Assembly (NCBI GenBank): GCA_002633005.1
Contig: NMRA01000146.1
Location: forward strand, 85,640-149,639
DNA: 64,000 bases
Direction of reading: 5' to 3'
Origin: Phoronis australis
Taxonomy: Eukaryota > Animalia > Phoronida
Positions 27,001 to 39,216 of this stretch are shown in pieces (position 1 is the first letter of the stretch; every line of letters starts with the position of its first letter). The translations under genes and the position numbers were made by a program. A model generated the notes under the pieces. The model had not been told where the DNA came from, made no database searches, and was given only the letters and a program-made list of their open reading frames with translations.

Positions 27001-27732
27001 CCTTTGCACTAATTGACCCTATCCGGTGCATTATAAGCGTCTTGAGGAGAATTATTGCAAAGCCCTTCAAAAATGTGTTTAATGCTGAGAATCACAGTTG
27101 TCTAACGGTTGACACATCAGAATACTTGCTGATTGAAAAGGTCAAATTTTCAGAAGAAAAATGCACCTAATGACTCCATGTTTGCACTAAATGACCTGAA
27201 AGTTTGGATTCCAAATTGAATTATCTCTGCCAATCAGAACTGTGAATTTGAAGTGTCTAGCTCAAAATTTTAGTTTGTACCTAATGACCTTTGGCCTATT
27301 TCACCTGATTGGATGACCCGATTACTTAGAAAAGTAATTTTTTAAATTGTCAGGTTGACTTATACCTGTTCACCGAATTTAAAAAAGATAGCTTTAAAAC
27401 TGAAGGAGGAGTAGCATTTTGAAAATTATATGACCTTTGCACCAAACGACCTCTTCCGGTGCAATATGGAATATGATTACATAACCAATCAAAATTTTTT
27501 ACTGCCAAAAGTCATATGCTGAGTTTAAAGACCGTACCTGCACCCAATTTGGAGTTATTAAGCCTCAAAGTTGGTCGGAAGAAGAATAAGAAGAATAAGA
27601 AGAATAAGAATAAAATTGAAGAAAACCCAGGAACAACAGTACTCTGAGCTTACACGCGCAGAGTAATAAGAATACGAATAAAATTGAAGAAAACCCAGGA
27701 ACAATAGTACTCTGCGCTTACACGCGCAGAGT
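24064..27732 (-). mobile_element. Helentron-associated (HINE/DINE-1-like) non-autonomous element array, ~1.19-kb units
   Basis: Terminal hairpin ACTCTGCGC-N6-GCGCAGAGT (27709-27732 and 27641-27664). Matching subTIR ACTCTGCGCGTG (24099-24110). Stem-loop TTATTGTCAC-GGC-GTGACAATAA (24073-24095). AAGAAT-type microsatellite and ~430-bp internal repeats. Inserted at AA/TT and absent from the paralogous site near 14510. Confidence 0.85.
26260..26919. other. Assembly gap (660 N)
   Basis: Run of N inside the HINE array. Confidence 1.
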
Positions 27733-30202
27733 AAATATGCCTGGAGATTCCACAAACGACATAAAGTGCAACCAAAAAATGCTCATGCACACAGGCTTAG
27801 ACCTAGAAAAAACTCCATACTCAACACAAAGTTACGGCCTAAACGCCGTTATCTATGCATAGTTTTCGACCATGAAACGGTTTTATTTTAATCCTCAACC
27901 ACAACTGCCAACCGTTTACTACGCTGAAAGTTGACTCCAAACAAAAATACAGACATTTGTCCCAGTGGCGGATCTAGGATATCATAAGGGGGGATCCGAC
28001 ATTTTGTCTCGGTGAATCACGCAAAGCACGATTGCGTATGCGGGCCGAGCCTAAAATGTAGGGTGAAGTCGACTTTCTGGGGATGTGGGGCGACTAAAAA
28101 ACAACGGGGAAACTGATTGCGCCGATTGTCTCCAATCGGCTCTGAGCCCTACCCCCCACACACAAAATCTAAAACTGCCCACATTGTTGAATCTTCCATG
28201 TTTCTTACCGGGAGTTAGTTGATAAAATCAGTATTTCCTCACGCTCTTACTATTTTCCTTTTTTCCGCAGCCCCCCTGCCCCCCTAAATCCGCCTATGTG
28301 CCTGTGTCATATCGACGCTGGTACGTCACACGATGTATACACAATAACAAACCAGAACAAACAAATATCTGCAGGATTATCCGAAAACGCCCATGCGCCT
28401 TTTTCACTAAGCTGAACGGAAAATCGACCCTATATCATTTGCTCAGTAACAGCAAATTTCAGCACCTGGTTTAATGTCCCGCTCAAACTCGGTGTGTACC
28501 TAATGCAAAGGAAGATCATTACAGGAGCGAATCCAGGATTTTGGAATAGAGGGTTTAGGACAGAGTATTAGCCTGGATTTTGCCCCCCAGAAATCCCCAC
28601 CCCCGAATTGCCAAAAGGAATCTGGAAGCAGTTTAAGGGGGGCTGGGGGCATGGCCCTCGTGTCCCCCCTAAATCTGCCACAGCATCAGAACAAGCCACA
28701 TGCCGTCTGTGCATGCTTCACGAATTGGCCCTGCCTGTTTTTGTTGGACCGAATTCCGACTCCCGTCTGTTTACTTCTTGTGATATTTTGATCGCCCTGC
28801 TCTGACGTGTCCACATTAGAAGGCCTACATGTAGTTTATTTTAGACAACATTTTATGAACTTTAATTCATTAACATTGTATATAAGTCAATAAAAACGCA
28901 GGTATTACCATATGAAATGCAGACACTTATTTGTGCCCTTCTGCATTTCGAAAAATGTTGGTTTATACACGTATAACTCTCCTGTCCTCTTACATGGGAC
29001 ACGGACGTGAATTGGTTTGTTTAATCTACCTAATAGGACAGTCCCGGATTACACGGCGATAGAACTCTCCCTTGTCCCGGAGTTAAGAAAATTCGTGACC
29101 TTGTTTTGGACATCACTGGCATTTTTTTGTCTCTCATTGATGTCGGAAAGGAGAAGAAATTCAGATCACGCCATCTCTGAGTATTTTTTCAGTTTATCAA
29201 ACTTCCCCACGTCGGAGTTGCTGTCCACAGTACAGCAGAAATACTTCGTTGTCATTGGTAGGGCAAATTGAGTAATGCAACGGAGAAAATCTTTTCAAGA
29301 ATCAGACAGCAATAAATACCATTTGAAACCCCAGCGGCAAAAAAACGAGGCAGCAAATATTCATGGTATTACAGGTAATGCGGTGAGATTCGAGTGTCGC
29401 TGTGAAAATCTGGGACAGCCCTATTCGAAATAAGGAGCATGCGCCTGTACGGGAACGATTAAAGTACACCACCTACTTGGACGCAATGGTCAACATTTAG
29501 GCTCAGCTCACTTGAATTGAGAAAGTGTGAAAAATGTGCTCTGTTACTTGATTCCGTGTTGAATGTAGTAAAAAACATTAAAATTATACATGTAATTGGG
29601 GCTCTAATTAAACGCTACTAGATGTAACTGTATTTAATTCGCAATTACCTTTATAAAAACTCGAAATAAACTTGTTGGTTATTCGCTTGCATACTGTTCG
29701 TACTTTTATTGGGTGTGTTAATCAAATGGTTTAAATCAATCAAAAATTCCTTAAATTTCTTCTAAAATTATTCAATATTCAGCTCTGGTTCAGTTCATAA
29801 TGTGCTGACGGTTCTACATGTAGGATGTCGTAAGAGAGAGGGCATACAAACATATCATATTTTTCGAAGGAAAACGATTGAGTTTTTTCTTGCCCCTCTC
29901 TGTCTGTGAGGGGTTGAAGTGGGGATGAGCCCCTATATCCGTCTTTGTAATTTAAAATCTTATCTAAAATGCGCTGCCAAATCAAGCCGCGTACAGTACA
30001 AGTGCTTCACACGTGCAATATATTGCACTTTTCTCGAGACCAGTCAAGCAAGACGTTCACTAGATATGCGGCGTGTAATATCATCAGCTGACCAAAAGTC
30101 ACGTGGTTTGCCGCATACTGCACATGGGTAATATAAATGCAACGAGCTGGGGAAATTGCCAGTGATACAATGCTTAGGAGCAGTTCTTAATCACTTGGAA
30201 AC

Positions 30203-31170
30203 GGATAGTTCCAAAAACCCTTCGACCCCCAAACTCTATGACTGCTCACACTCCTCGACCAACGACCCCCTCGAAGCACAGCCCCTCGACTCGAGGCAAC
30301 AGATGTGTTTTTGCAATTCCTACATGTTGCATCGAATTACATGTGTAGACAATTTCGGTGTCTCCGGTGGGACTTGAACCCAGGTTGCACGTGCGGCGAC
30401 CAAGCGTCTAAACCATGCGATAAAGAGGAAATTGCTGCTTGGCCAGCGGCTTAGAGAGGCTTTATCTGAGTGTACGTGTCGTCACAACCGGAAGTCACGC
30501 TTCGCAACACATGTATGCCGCTGAGTGACTATCCCGTAAGACGTACATGCCTACACGCGAGTCTGCTCTTGCTCTAGTCTGGTGATTAAAGTGGCGTGAG
30601 AACGTGATCTGAAATAAGGCACTGAGAGCGCGGTATTGTTGTTACGGAAATTGTTCCACCAGCGGCTACCCATGGTCCAGTTCTACTACACTTAGGGAAA
30701 GAGTACGGTAACGCGAATGTACATAATTTTACATTTTAATTATTTGCTTTCTGTTGTATACTCGTTTAGAATATACGTTTAGTCAAGAGTTTGTTTCATC
30801 AAACTGCATTTACTGATGAAATTACAGTTCTGTCGGTTCCTCGCACTCTCCACAAACAAATTGAATCTGCTATTCACTGAAGATCAGACGAGACGATTAC
30901 GCTCTGCCGAGAACGACATTTGTAACGTTGATAGGTCTTTCATTTGATTTAGTGGCGTTGTTTGTTTCTGTTTTTGGCTTTCAAACTTGCCGAATATAGA
31001 CTTCCTGAATTGCAAAAAACAGGAAAAACCCAGCCGAAATTACGGCCCAACTCCCGGGTCCTGCAAGTCAGCGCTGGTTCTATATTCAGATCGAGTCGAG
31101 CTTGTATTGACTGGGTCGAGGGCTTTATGGGTTGTGGGTCGAGGGGGTCGAAAGGGTTTTGGAGCTATCC
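30203..31170. mobile_element. MITE-like element with nested insertions
   Basis: Inverted ends GGATAGTTCCAAAAACCCTTCGACCCCC / GGGGGTCGAAAGGGTTTTGGAGCTATCC. It encloses a tRNA-like repeat (~30340-30515) and the 30550-30955 repeat. TSD unclear. Confidence 0.55.
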
Positions 31171-31213
31171 TATGGAGACTGACCATATTTATTTCCTCTA
31201 GATTAACGCGTGT

Positions 31214-34200
31214 TCAACATTTCGTAGCCGCTTCCACCATGTTTTTCAGTTTACTGAGAAGGATGTCTTTAGAAAGAAACCCCAAGCCGCAGTCGGGTGC
31301 TATCACGAGCCTTTCTCTGGTAATATGACCAAGAGCGTCTTTGATTCTTTTCTCAATTTCGTCGACGGTTTCCACTTGACTTCTCGCGATGCAAAGAACC
31401 CCGAAAACAATGGTAGATTTCTTGAACTTGCCGAGTAATGAGAGGTCGTTGTATCGCCAAGCATCTTCGATGGAAACTGAAAGAATATCATTTTAAGTTA
31501 AATAAAATAAAACAAAATAAAAGGCTTCTAATTCGTAAAGTTTATTGTTGAATGTCAGGTTTGAAGCAGAAATGTGTGAGTTAAAAACCATGCTATTGTT
31601 GTTCGTAATGCGAATAGACAATAATTAAATATTACATACTTTCGTCGAAACCAGCGTTGTCAAGCTTTTCTGCCAGGTCAAAATACACCTTTCGCTCTGC
31701 CTTGAGATAGTTCTCAGCATCCTACGTTGCACATGCAAAAATAGAAATGTGTTATGAAACGTTGTCAACAGCTTTCTTACTCGAGACCTTGCACTACAGT
31801 AGAACTGATAGTTCGTTACGGCTTGAAGCATTGCTAGCCAAGTACATGTACATGTACATCTCCCTGGCCAAGCTAACTTATGGAATCTGACTTCAAGCAA
31901 TAGCAAAGTACCAGACAAGTTCTTTCTAAACCCACAGATCACTAACATGAGAAAAGAAATATGCGACCCCAGATTTAATACGTTAAGGGATTGAAATCAA
32001 GTATCTTTCTAGGAACAGTGAGATTTTACAGCTCTAAAACCAAATGAGTTAGCCGGTGTATCAGAAAATCGAACCTTAACGCATTTGTTTTGACCGATAT
32101 TTATCGTATTAGTTTCGGGCCAAAGTAATCCTGATATTTTTTCACGAGGAAATAATTGTAATCGGTTCGAAAACTCGCCAGTTATTGTCCTCGGTATACC
32201 ATCGTGGTTCCGGACAAACAACACTTCCTGACTTCAGCGGTTCGTCTATACATTTGTCAAAAAGAGAAAGGTGCAGTGAAACGGGCCGAGTTTCTAATCT
32301 GTTAGCTTCCGCAGGTGATTTAACCCAGAGGAACACGGCAGCCAGGTTCCTCAAGCACATGACATAGCCGAGCCTGTCTGGATCACTAAGTAAACTTATT
32401 TTTGTAATCTGCTTGATCTTCTGTTAAAAGCATTCCATTCGACCCACAGAAGCACCTTTATTGCTTACATGAAAGTACAATGTATTAACAAAACAGTTAC
32501 CAGATGCGTAGGATAACCGCAACATAAATGGATTGTCTTCGTCACATCGCTGTCCACTCCTTAAAAGCACCTCCTAGGATGGTCGATACCATAATCCATT
32601 GCCACTTCCGGAATACGCACCAGCAAAGGCTCGTCGACTTGAATGTGTTTGCATCCAGCATCTGATAGAGCACGAACCTCGCGATTGATGCACTTTATCA
32701 AAGATTCACTCAGTTCTTTTGGGTTGTTATGAAAGTCGTCTAAAAAAAATATAAAACATAACTTCTCATTTACTTATACAGCAGCATTGTTCCAGTTACG
32801 AGTAATAAAATGCACACAAATTGATCAACAGTAGTGTGGATACCCTATTTTGGAACAACGAAAACCAAATTAGTGATTTAGTTTAGAGGCTGGTCCTGTT
32901 TCATGAAAGTGGTTTAAGACTTAAAAGACGGGAATTTGGTCTTACGCATCTACTTAATTTGACCTATCGCCAGGATTTTGAGTGACAGCTTAATTGACCA
33001 ATCAGAACGCTGCATTCTCGACACACCTTCATTTCCAAGCCGCCATTTTACCCGACAAAAACGTTGCCGGGTGAAACTTATTGCTCCTGTGCCGACATTT
33101 CGTAAGGGGGCGGAGGTTGCGACAGGTCTTTACTCAAGTAATTATGAGTGCATCACTGTCAAGAAATAATTTACTTTATATAAATTATCACAGTAACCAA
33201 GAAATGAATATTTTGTGTATACTCCCAGAGAGCTTGCACTTTTGCTCAAGTGAGGACGAAGTATATTTCAGGAATAGATACGTGAAGCGTAAGACCAAAA
33301 TTGTGACTTAACGTGACTCTTCATAAAACAAACACCTGTAAATGTCAGGGCTATAGAATGTTTCTTTTTGAGTTTGATCATCAGGGCCCATTGGCAAAAT
33401 TTTACAATTCCCTTCGGCCAACGTAGATAATCATGAACTTGAAAATAAATAGTGAAACAAAGACATCATGTGAAACCCAAATACCCCTTGGAGAAACATT
33501 CAACACTGATAACAATTTGCTTAACAACATTCCATTTCAATCATGAAATATTAATGCAGCGCCATGCTGTGGACAATTTGGGAAAGTAAATCTGCACACA
33601 CATAGCATACTTAGAGGTATTTTGGGGAACTAAAAACCCGATAACTCGATGAAGCATTCCATTGTGTCACTGGTGGGAATCAAAAAGGTTATTAAACTAA
33701 TAAATTAGATTATCGATTTGTTCACGTTATATGAGGCTGATGACAGTCATGGTGTTGAAAAGTGTTACCTTTGAGTGTGACATAGGCCACTGGTGTTCAT
33801 TTATTGATGTCAGTAAACAAACCTAAGCTACACACATTGCTGATAGCGAAATTCCATCGACTGGTGACCGACACAGCAATAGAGTTGGTAAACATAACAT
33901 CCAAAAACAAGGTTGGTTCATTTTTTGTGAATTGACACACTGATGTATTTTAACTGTTTGTTTCTAAACAACAAAAATCAGGTGATTGAGACGAAGCAGA
34001 ATTTCCCTGCAGTCGTCCAGTAACCTTAAGTCGCCCAAAAGCGTTAGGCCCTTGTGCCGATTTAGCCAATATCGATTTTGTAAGGATTTGAATAAAATCT
34101 TCCAGAACTACTGAGTAGTGCCTAGTATCAATAATTTTAGTACGAGGATCAGCATCCCTTTAAGTACCCGGAGAGGCTAGTTGTGATAAAGGTAAAAATC

Positions 34201-34903
34201 TACCTACTAGTAGGGTGTTTTAGAAGTTACTTTTTGATAACCCAGAATTGTGCTAAAATGAGATTGACGTACGCGTTTTCTTTTAAAGCAGTATGGTATT
34301 GGTTTGGAAATGAGTCGGGGAGCCGACAGGAACCGAATGTACTACTTTAACCGGATCTGATTGCGACTAAGACTACGGTCATGTATCATCTCACGTGTGT
34401 AGAAAAATCATGATAAACTTGTTTCACCACCACACCGCTTCAACAGGTAAACGCCACTTTCCTACCAGACCACCAAACTAAACGCGCTCATCCACAAAAA
34501 CTTTTTAAATGTAATTTTAGTAACCACGGTTGAGATATATTACCAACCTACTTAGAAAAATCTGAATATGCCGCACCAAGGATACAGTATCCCGTGAATT
34601 GGCTTAGCTTTGATAATACATGTACATTAAATTTTGGAAGCATCGAGTTTCTGCTAAATATGGGTTATGAAGAAACTAACTCATATACCTGCTGTAGTGT
34701 TTGCAATCGTCATTGGGCCGGGGATGGTGAACTTTACTGGTCGATCGCTCATCGATTGCGCTAGTCTCCATTGGTCAACACACCAAGAGTTCTGTGACCT
34801 CGGGGCAAGGGGCCCACGCACTGTCCGTACGTGGTTCTGTACTGCACCATTACGATAGACTTTGAAAGTTAACTTTTCAAAGTCGAAAGTCGTTAGATTA
34901 CGG
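31214..34903 (-). pseudogene. metE: Spliced cobalamin-independent methionine synthase catalytic half-barrel (core MetE-like); one in-frame stop, 5' exon(s) not found
   Basis: Four phase-compatible GT-AG exons: 34903-34689 (..PVKFTIPGPMTIANTTA), 32739-32501 (..GCKHIQVDEP..CF*GV..TIHLCCGYP), 31721-31640 (DAENYLKA..GFDE) and 31476-31214 (ISIEDA..IVFGV..VETVDEI..LVIAPDCGLG..KLKNMVEAATKC*). HxC, E and C zinc ligands are present. TAA at 32561-32563. Confidence 0.92.
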
Positions 34904-35738
34904 CTACAAAACGAAACATACTTAAGACCATATTATTACATTTTCTAATATCAACTTCCTCCAACTTTCTGAAACTTAGTTTCATGACTGTTGTTAGTGA
35001 CCAATGCAAAATTATGTCATCTGGACTTTGCAAGCTATTGCTTAACTTGCAAGATCCATGCGACGGGAGTAAACGCGTCGCATGGTTATCGCCCATGGGA
35101 CGCTACCATTGTTTTCCTTTGTTGCGTATTTGTTGGATATAACAATACACGTTGCACGGATATCGTACCTTAGGCATCCATCAGCCGGTTGCCAATAAAT
35201 GCTCACCATTATGTAAATGTTATAAGCAAGAAAAACAAAGTGAAAAATAGATAGGCCTATCTACCGATATCTATGCGAGGATCGTGTGCCCTAGGAAGGT
35301 GATGTTGCTGGAAAGGTAAATTTGGAAAACTGGTGTAGTAAAAACTTATTTTGTGCTCAATCCCAGGTATCCCGGCTGTCGACAGGACATGAAAAACCAC
35401 TAAGTGACTGCGTGACAGCAGTTTCTGCCAAAGAAAGACCCCCCTCCTGTCCAGTAATGCTAGATTTCGCGGCAGTACGTGAGAGATTGCCGTGTATTTT
35501 AAATGAGAACACGTGATTTCGGCTAGATTTTATCTAGGTCCTAGCGTAGGTTCTAGCACAAATGAACGCACGCCTGCCGTAAAAAATCCAGCCCTGCCAG
35601 TTCAGGAAATGAACTCGTCCATATTTTGCAACAAGTAGTTGTTAGGAGTATAGCGTTGGAGCGCTGCCGCATCACTGGTGAACATTTACCACCAGCACAT
35701 GCGTCTTCAGCTTTTGTCGTCCCCAGTACACTGTGTTA

Positions 35739-35754
35739 CATATATATATATATC

Positions 35755-35802
<48 letters not shown>
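35739..35802. repeat. (TA)n microsatellite
   Basis: Directly visible dinucleotide run. Confidence 0.95.
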
Positions 35803-35806
<4 letters not shown>

Positions 35807-36060
35807 TCCTATCTCATTGCTTAATGTATCGTCTATAACTCAGGCGCTTCCCCCTCTGTAACTACAATTGTACAATATCAAATAGTGTTATTATCAAATT
35901 ATATGCACAATTACTATTGTTTTCATCTTTGTTTATCTCTTCTCAAATGAAAATTGTTACCTTAATTCCGGTTTCATTTACTAGAGTAAACTTGTAACAT
36001 AACGCGCAAGTATATACATTATATGTTGTCATCCGCCACGCGAATGCTCTGGGTGATACA

Positions 36061-36431
36061 GTGGACAGGATTGTTCATCCATGAACAACCCTGCCCATGT
36101 GGCACATACTAAGCCATAACACCACGTTCCTTACAATATCTCTTTTTATCACTCCGGCTTGTCTGCTCACTCAGCTTTTCCGGAACCTGCTTTGCAGGTT
36201 GTTATAGTTGGCTGTTTGGTGTACGCACTTGGTACATTACACGATATATGCAAATTTGGCAGTTTGATACTTGTTATTGAATTTTTTCGTTTTGCACGAC
36301 CCACTTGGCCATGTACCCATTTGGTACTATAATAACCTATGGCACTTAGAATCCAATACTCAATTAAACATTGTGTATCGCAAATGTGTATGTTATCTCT
36401 TGTAATTAAGGTGCCCATCTGGTACCTTCTG
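36061..36431 (+). mobile_element. Orphan fragment of the B repeat of the Ngaro-like element
   Basis: GTGGACAGGATTGTTCATCCATGAACAACCCTGCCCATGTGGCACATACT... matches 59642 onwards, with deletions. Confidence 0.85.
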
Positions 36432-36580
36432 CAATCACGAGCGGCATAGACGAAACAATATCCCACTTGACCTTATTCTGAGTATCAATCTCGATATTCG
36501 GTGTCGGTCGATGCGCGGGTAATGTCTCATGGGTTATTGTTTCATCTACGCCACTCTCGTAACATTTTGAGGAAGTATTC

Positions 36581-36856
36581 CATTAGCGCACCCAGCCTAA
36601 AGCATAGGGGAGCTCGAGTTTTTCGGTGTGCGGACCTTTTAGTAAAAGAAATCAACGAGGACTATAAAAAAACAGGGCCACTAGGTTCAGGCCCATGCAT
36701 TGTGCATCCGGGCAGACTTCCCATGGGATTTTGTGGACTTTTGTCTCGTTTACTCGGACTTTTTGTTACATTGAGGCGGACCATTTGGCCCAGTTCGCCA
36801 AAGGGAGGGGGGTGCTCCTTGGAGCCCCCCCCCGAGCCTCCCTGGGTGCGTCCATG
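36581..36856. mobile_element. MITE with 5-bp TSD (independent insertion)
   Basis: TATTC|CATTAGCGCACCCAG...CTGGGTGCGTCCATG|TATTC. Confidence 0.8.
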
Positions 36857-37654
36857 TATTCCTACTTCCTTGCCTATGTATGTCAAACCAATGAGGAATG
36901 GCAATTACTAAATTAATATAGAAAGGCTGTTTTTTTATTTTCAATATGAATTCAAATAGTAATACCCGTTTCTGTAGAATTTAAAAATCCATGTAACAGG
37001 AGTGAAATGACAAACGAATCCAGTCCGACTGTGATTCTTTTAATAGGCCACTGAGTTTTCCCGGAGTAACGCGGAATATGGTCCAGATTCTAGACAAACT
37101 AACTCACGTTTTGGTTGATCAAGAAACCACGATTTCACGTGGAATTATACTAAACAGATTGCATTAGTCGGGTGAAACAAAGACTAGATTGAGTACAAGA
37201 GGTCAAGTTAGGTATAGCACAAAGGCATAAGACATTTTCAAGTGAAATGTATTGGGGAGTCCCATTTAGAGACGGTGGCACGAATGGAGTAAAAGGGGGG
37301 TGGGGTTAATAGTCAATTGCAGGGTCCCACAGTTTAGGAACCAGTTTTCTCCATACATCAAAATCGGTGACTCCTATTGCCAAAGACAAAAACAATTGAT
37401 ATTTTACTGTTTTGCGTCAACAGATTCTTCACTTTCATGGAATCGATTATCCAAATTTTACACGAACTTTATGACTTTCTACTGAACAGTGGACGCGTAT
37501 AATCGAAAATCGATGACCATCCACAAATTTGCTGGCTCGTCCAAATGTTTGGAACATTCTGTCACTGAACTGAACGAACGAAAGTGAAAATTAAATGCGC
37601 TGTCAGTGGACCGTACTTGTTTGATAGATTGCGTTAGGTTAACAACTTCAGTTA

Positions 37655-37966
37655 CCATATTTCCGATAGCTGTCACTGCCCAGTCGACCCCGAGGTTAAT
37701 TTGAACGTAATCGTCATCGTCCGTAGCGCTTGCAGCGCACCAACCGAAGCCTGCCAGTGCAGGAGAAGTGCACGTATTGCCCACATGGTTCGAAGTCCAG
37801 AGAAATGAGGAGACCGGCAGATCATTCAAGCTCCGGGCTCGTTTGACTAAAAGCATCGGAAAAATACTCTAATTATTTTCTAGTTGCTAAAAATGCACGT
37901 CTTCGCAATCTCTCCGTGCGCAGTATAACGTCTCCTTGAATTTCTAAGTAGCTCTGTCACAATAGA
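37655..37966 (-). pseudogene. Degenerate discoidin (F5/8 type C)-like exon
   Basis: LPVSSFLWTS...GFGWCAASATDDDDYVQINLGVDWAVTAI matches the GWxA...(W/Y)LQIDLG..VTAI pattern. Stops lie upstream in frame. Confidence 0.55.
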
Positions 37967-38464
37967 CTGTAGAGGGTTGTACATAAATGTTTAAATTAGT
38001 CGAGGCTAAACTAATACCAAAAATAATACACAACAACAATCAATATGGAAGGATAATTAAAGTTCAGCTCCAATCTGATATTTTAATAACCTTCCTTCGA
38101 AAAGTTCCGTTAGACCCATTCAAAACATACCCAGATACGGCTATGAACAGTTAACACTGAACAATATCAACGAAAATCGAGTGTGCATTGCACCACAATT
38201 CGATAGTGTCGTTATTGGTCGTTAGAGCTACTAAGAGTGGTTTTGGCGTTGATCCACGATTACGCCACAATGGTGTCAACAGTTTTGAAAATCAAATCCT
38301 GTCATGACCCTACTTCTGCAAAAATAAGCACGGTTTTGAAAAGGAAAATCGCAATCATACTATCGTTGGTTAGTGCACATCCTATTCATACTTTTACATT
38401 TTCACATTGTCAGCTGCTTCAGCCACACATTCGGCTGCATTGGAAACCTCGGCTTCTACATGCA

Positions 38465-39216
38465 TGTCAGAATAAAGTCTGACAGCATTATTAGTTGTGT
38501 TGTTTTGTTTTGTTATTCTGTTTGATTGACATGACCCCTGAGTTATGTACAATGGTGATGTAATTTATTTACTACAGAATAGTATGGAACTTTCTAGTAG
38601 ACCGAGTTCAGTAGTGATGATGTAATTTGTTTACTACAGTATAATGTGGAACTTTCTAGAAAACTCCTGCATGACAGTGATTAATGCAGTCTGGAATATT
38701 CTAGGAATGGTTGGGTAGATTCAGGAAAGTTCTAGAATGTGCTTGAATTGATGAAAAGTTCCAGAACAATGCATTAAGCTATAAATACACAAGCACGGGT
38801 TTATGTTAGTAAGATCAAGTCAGTTCAAGAGAGATCAAGTCAGTTAATCGGTGAGTTCAAGAAAGTTAATCAGGAGAACTACAGTTGAGTTGCAGTGCAG
38901 AGAATCAGCAGTTACAGTGATAGTCAATAGAGAGTCAGGTACATGTACTGTATAGAGACATCAGGTTATTGAATCAACGAGTGTAACAGTTGCTGAACGT
39001 GTCTCAAAAGTTCATCACAAGTCAAGGCTTCGCAGCATTGGCTGGAGCATAAACAGACATTACGTCGGACGTTTTGTTTGAGTAGGCTTGTGAACGTAGG
39101 GTCGGGATTAATAAAGGATTAACTCGAACCAGTCTTCAGTCTATCGTCGCACCGAAAGCTATTAGCACCGGTCTGTAACAACCTGCGCCCACTCACACAC
39201 GGGGAAAAACGTTACA
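38465..39216 (+). mobile_element. Solo LTR (752 bp)
   Basis: TGT...ACA termini with a 5-bp TSD ATGCA (38460-38464, 39217-39221). TATAAA at 38780 and AATAAA near 39110. Confidence 0.85.
38649..38785 (+). promoter_or_regulatory. Heat-shock-element cluster + TATA box in the solo LTR
   Basis: GAActTTCtaGAA (38649-38661), TTCagGAAagTTCtaGAA (38720-38737), further imperfect nGAAn arrays, then TATAAA at 38780. Confidence 0.65.
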
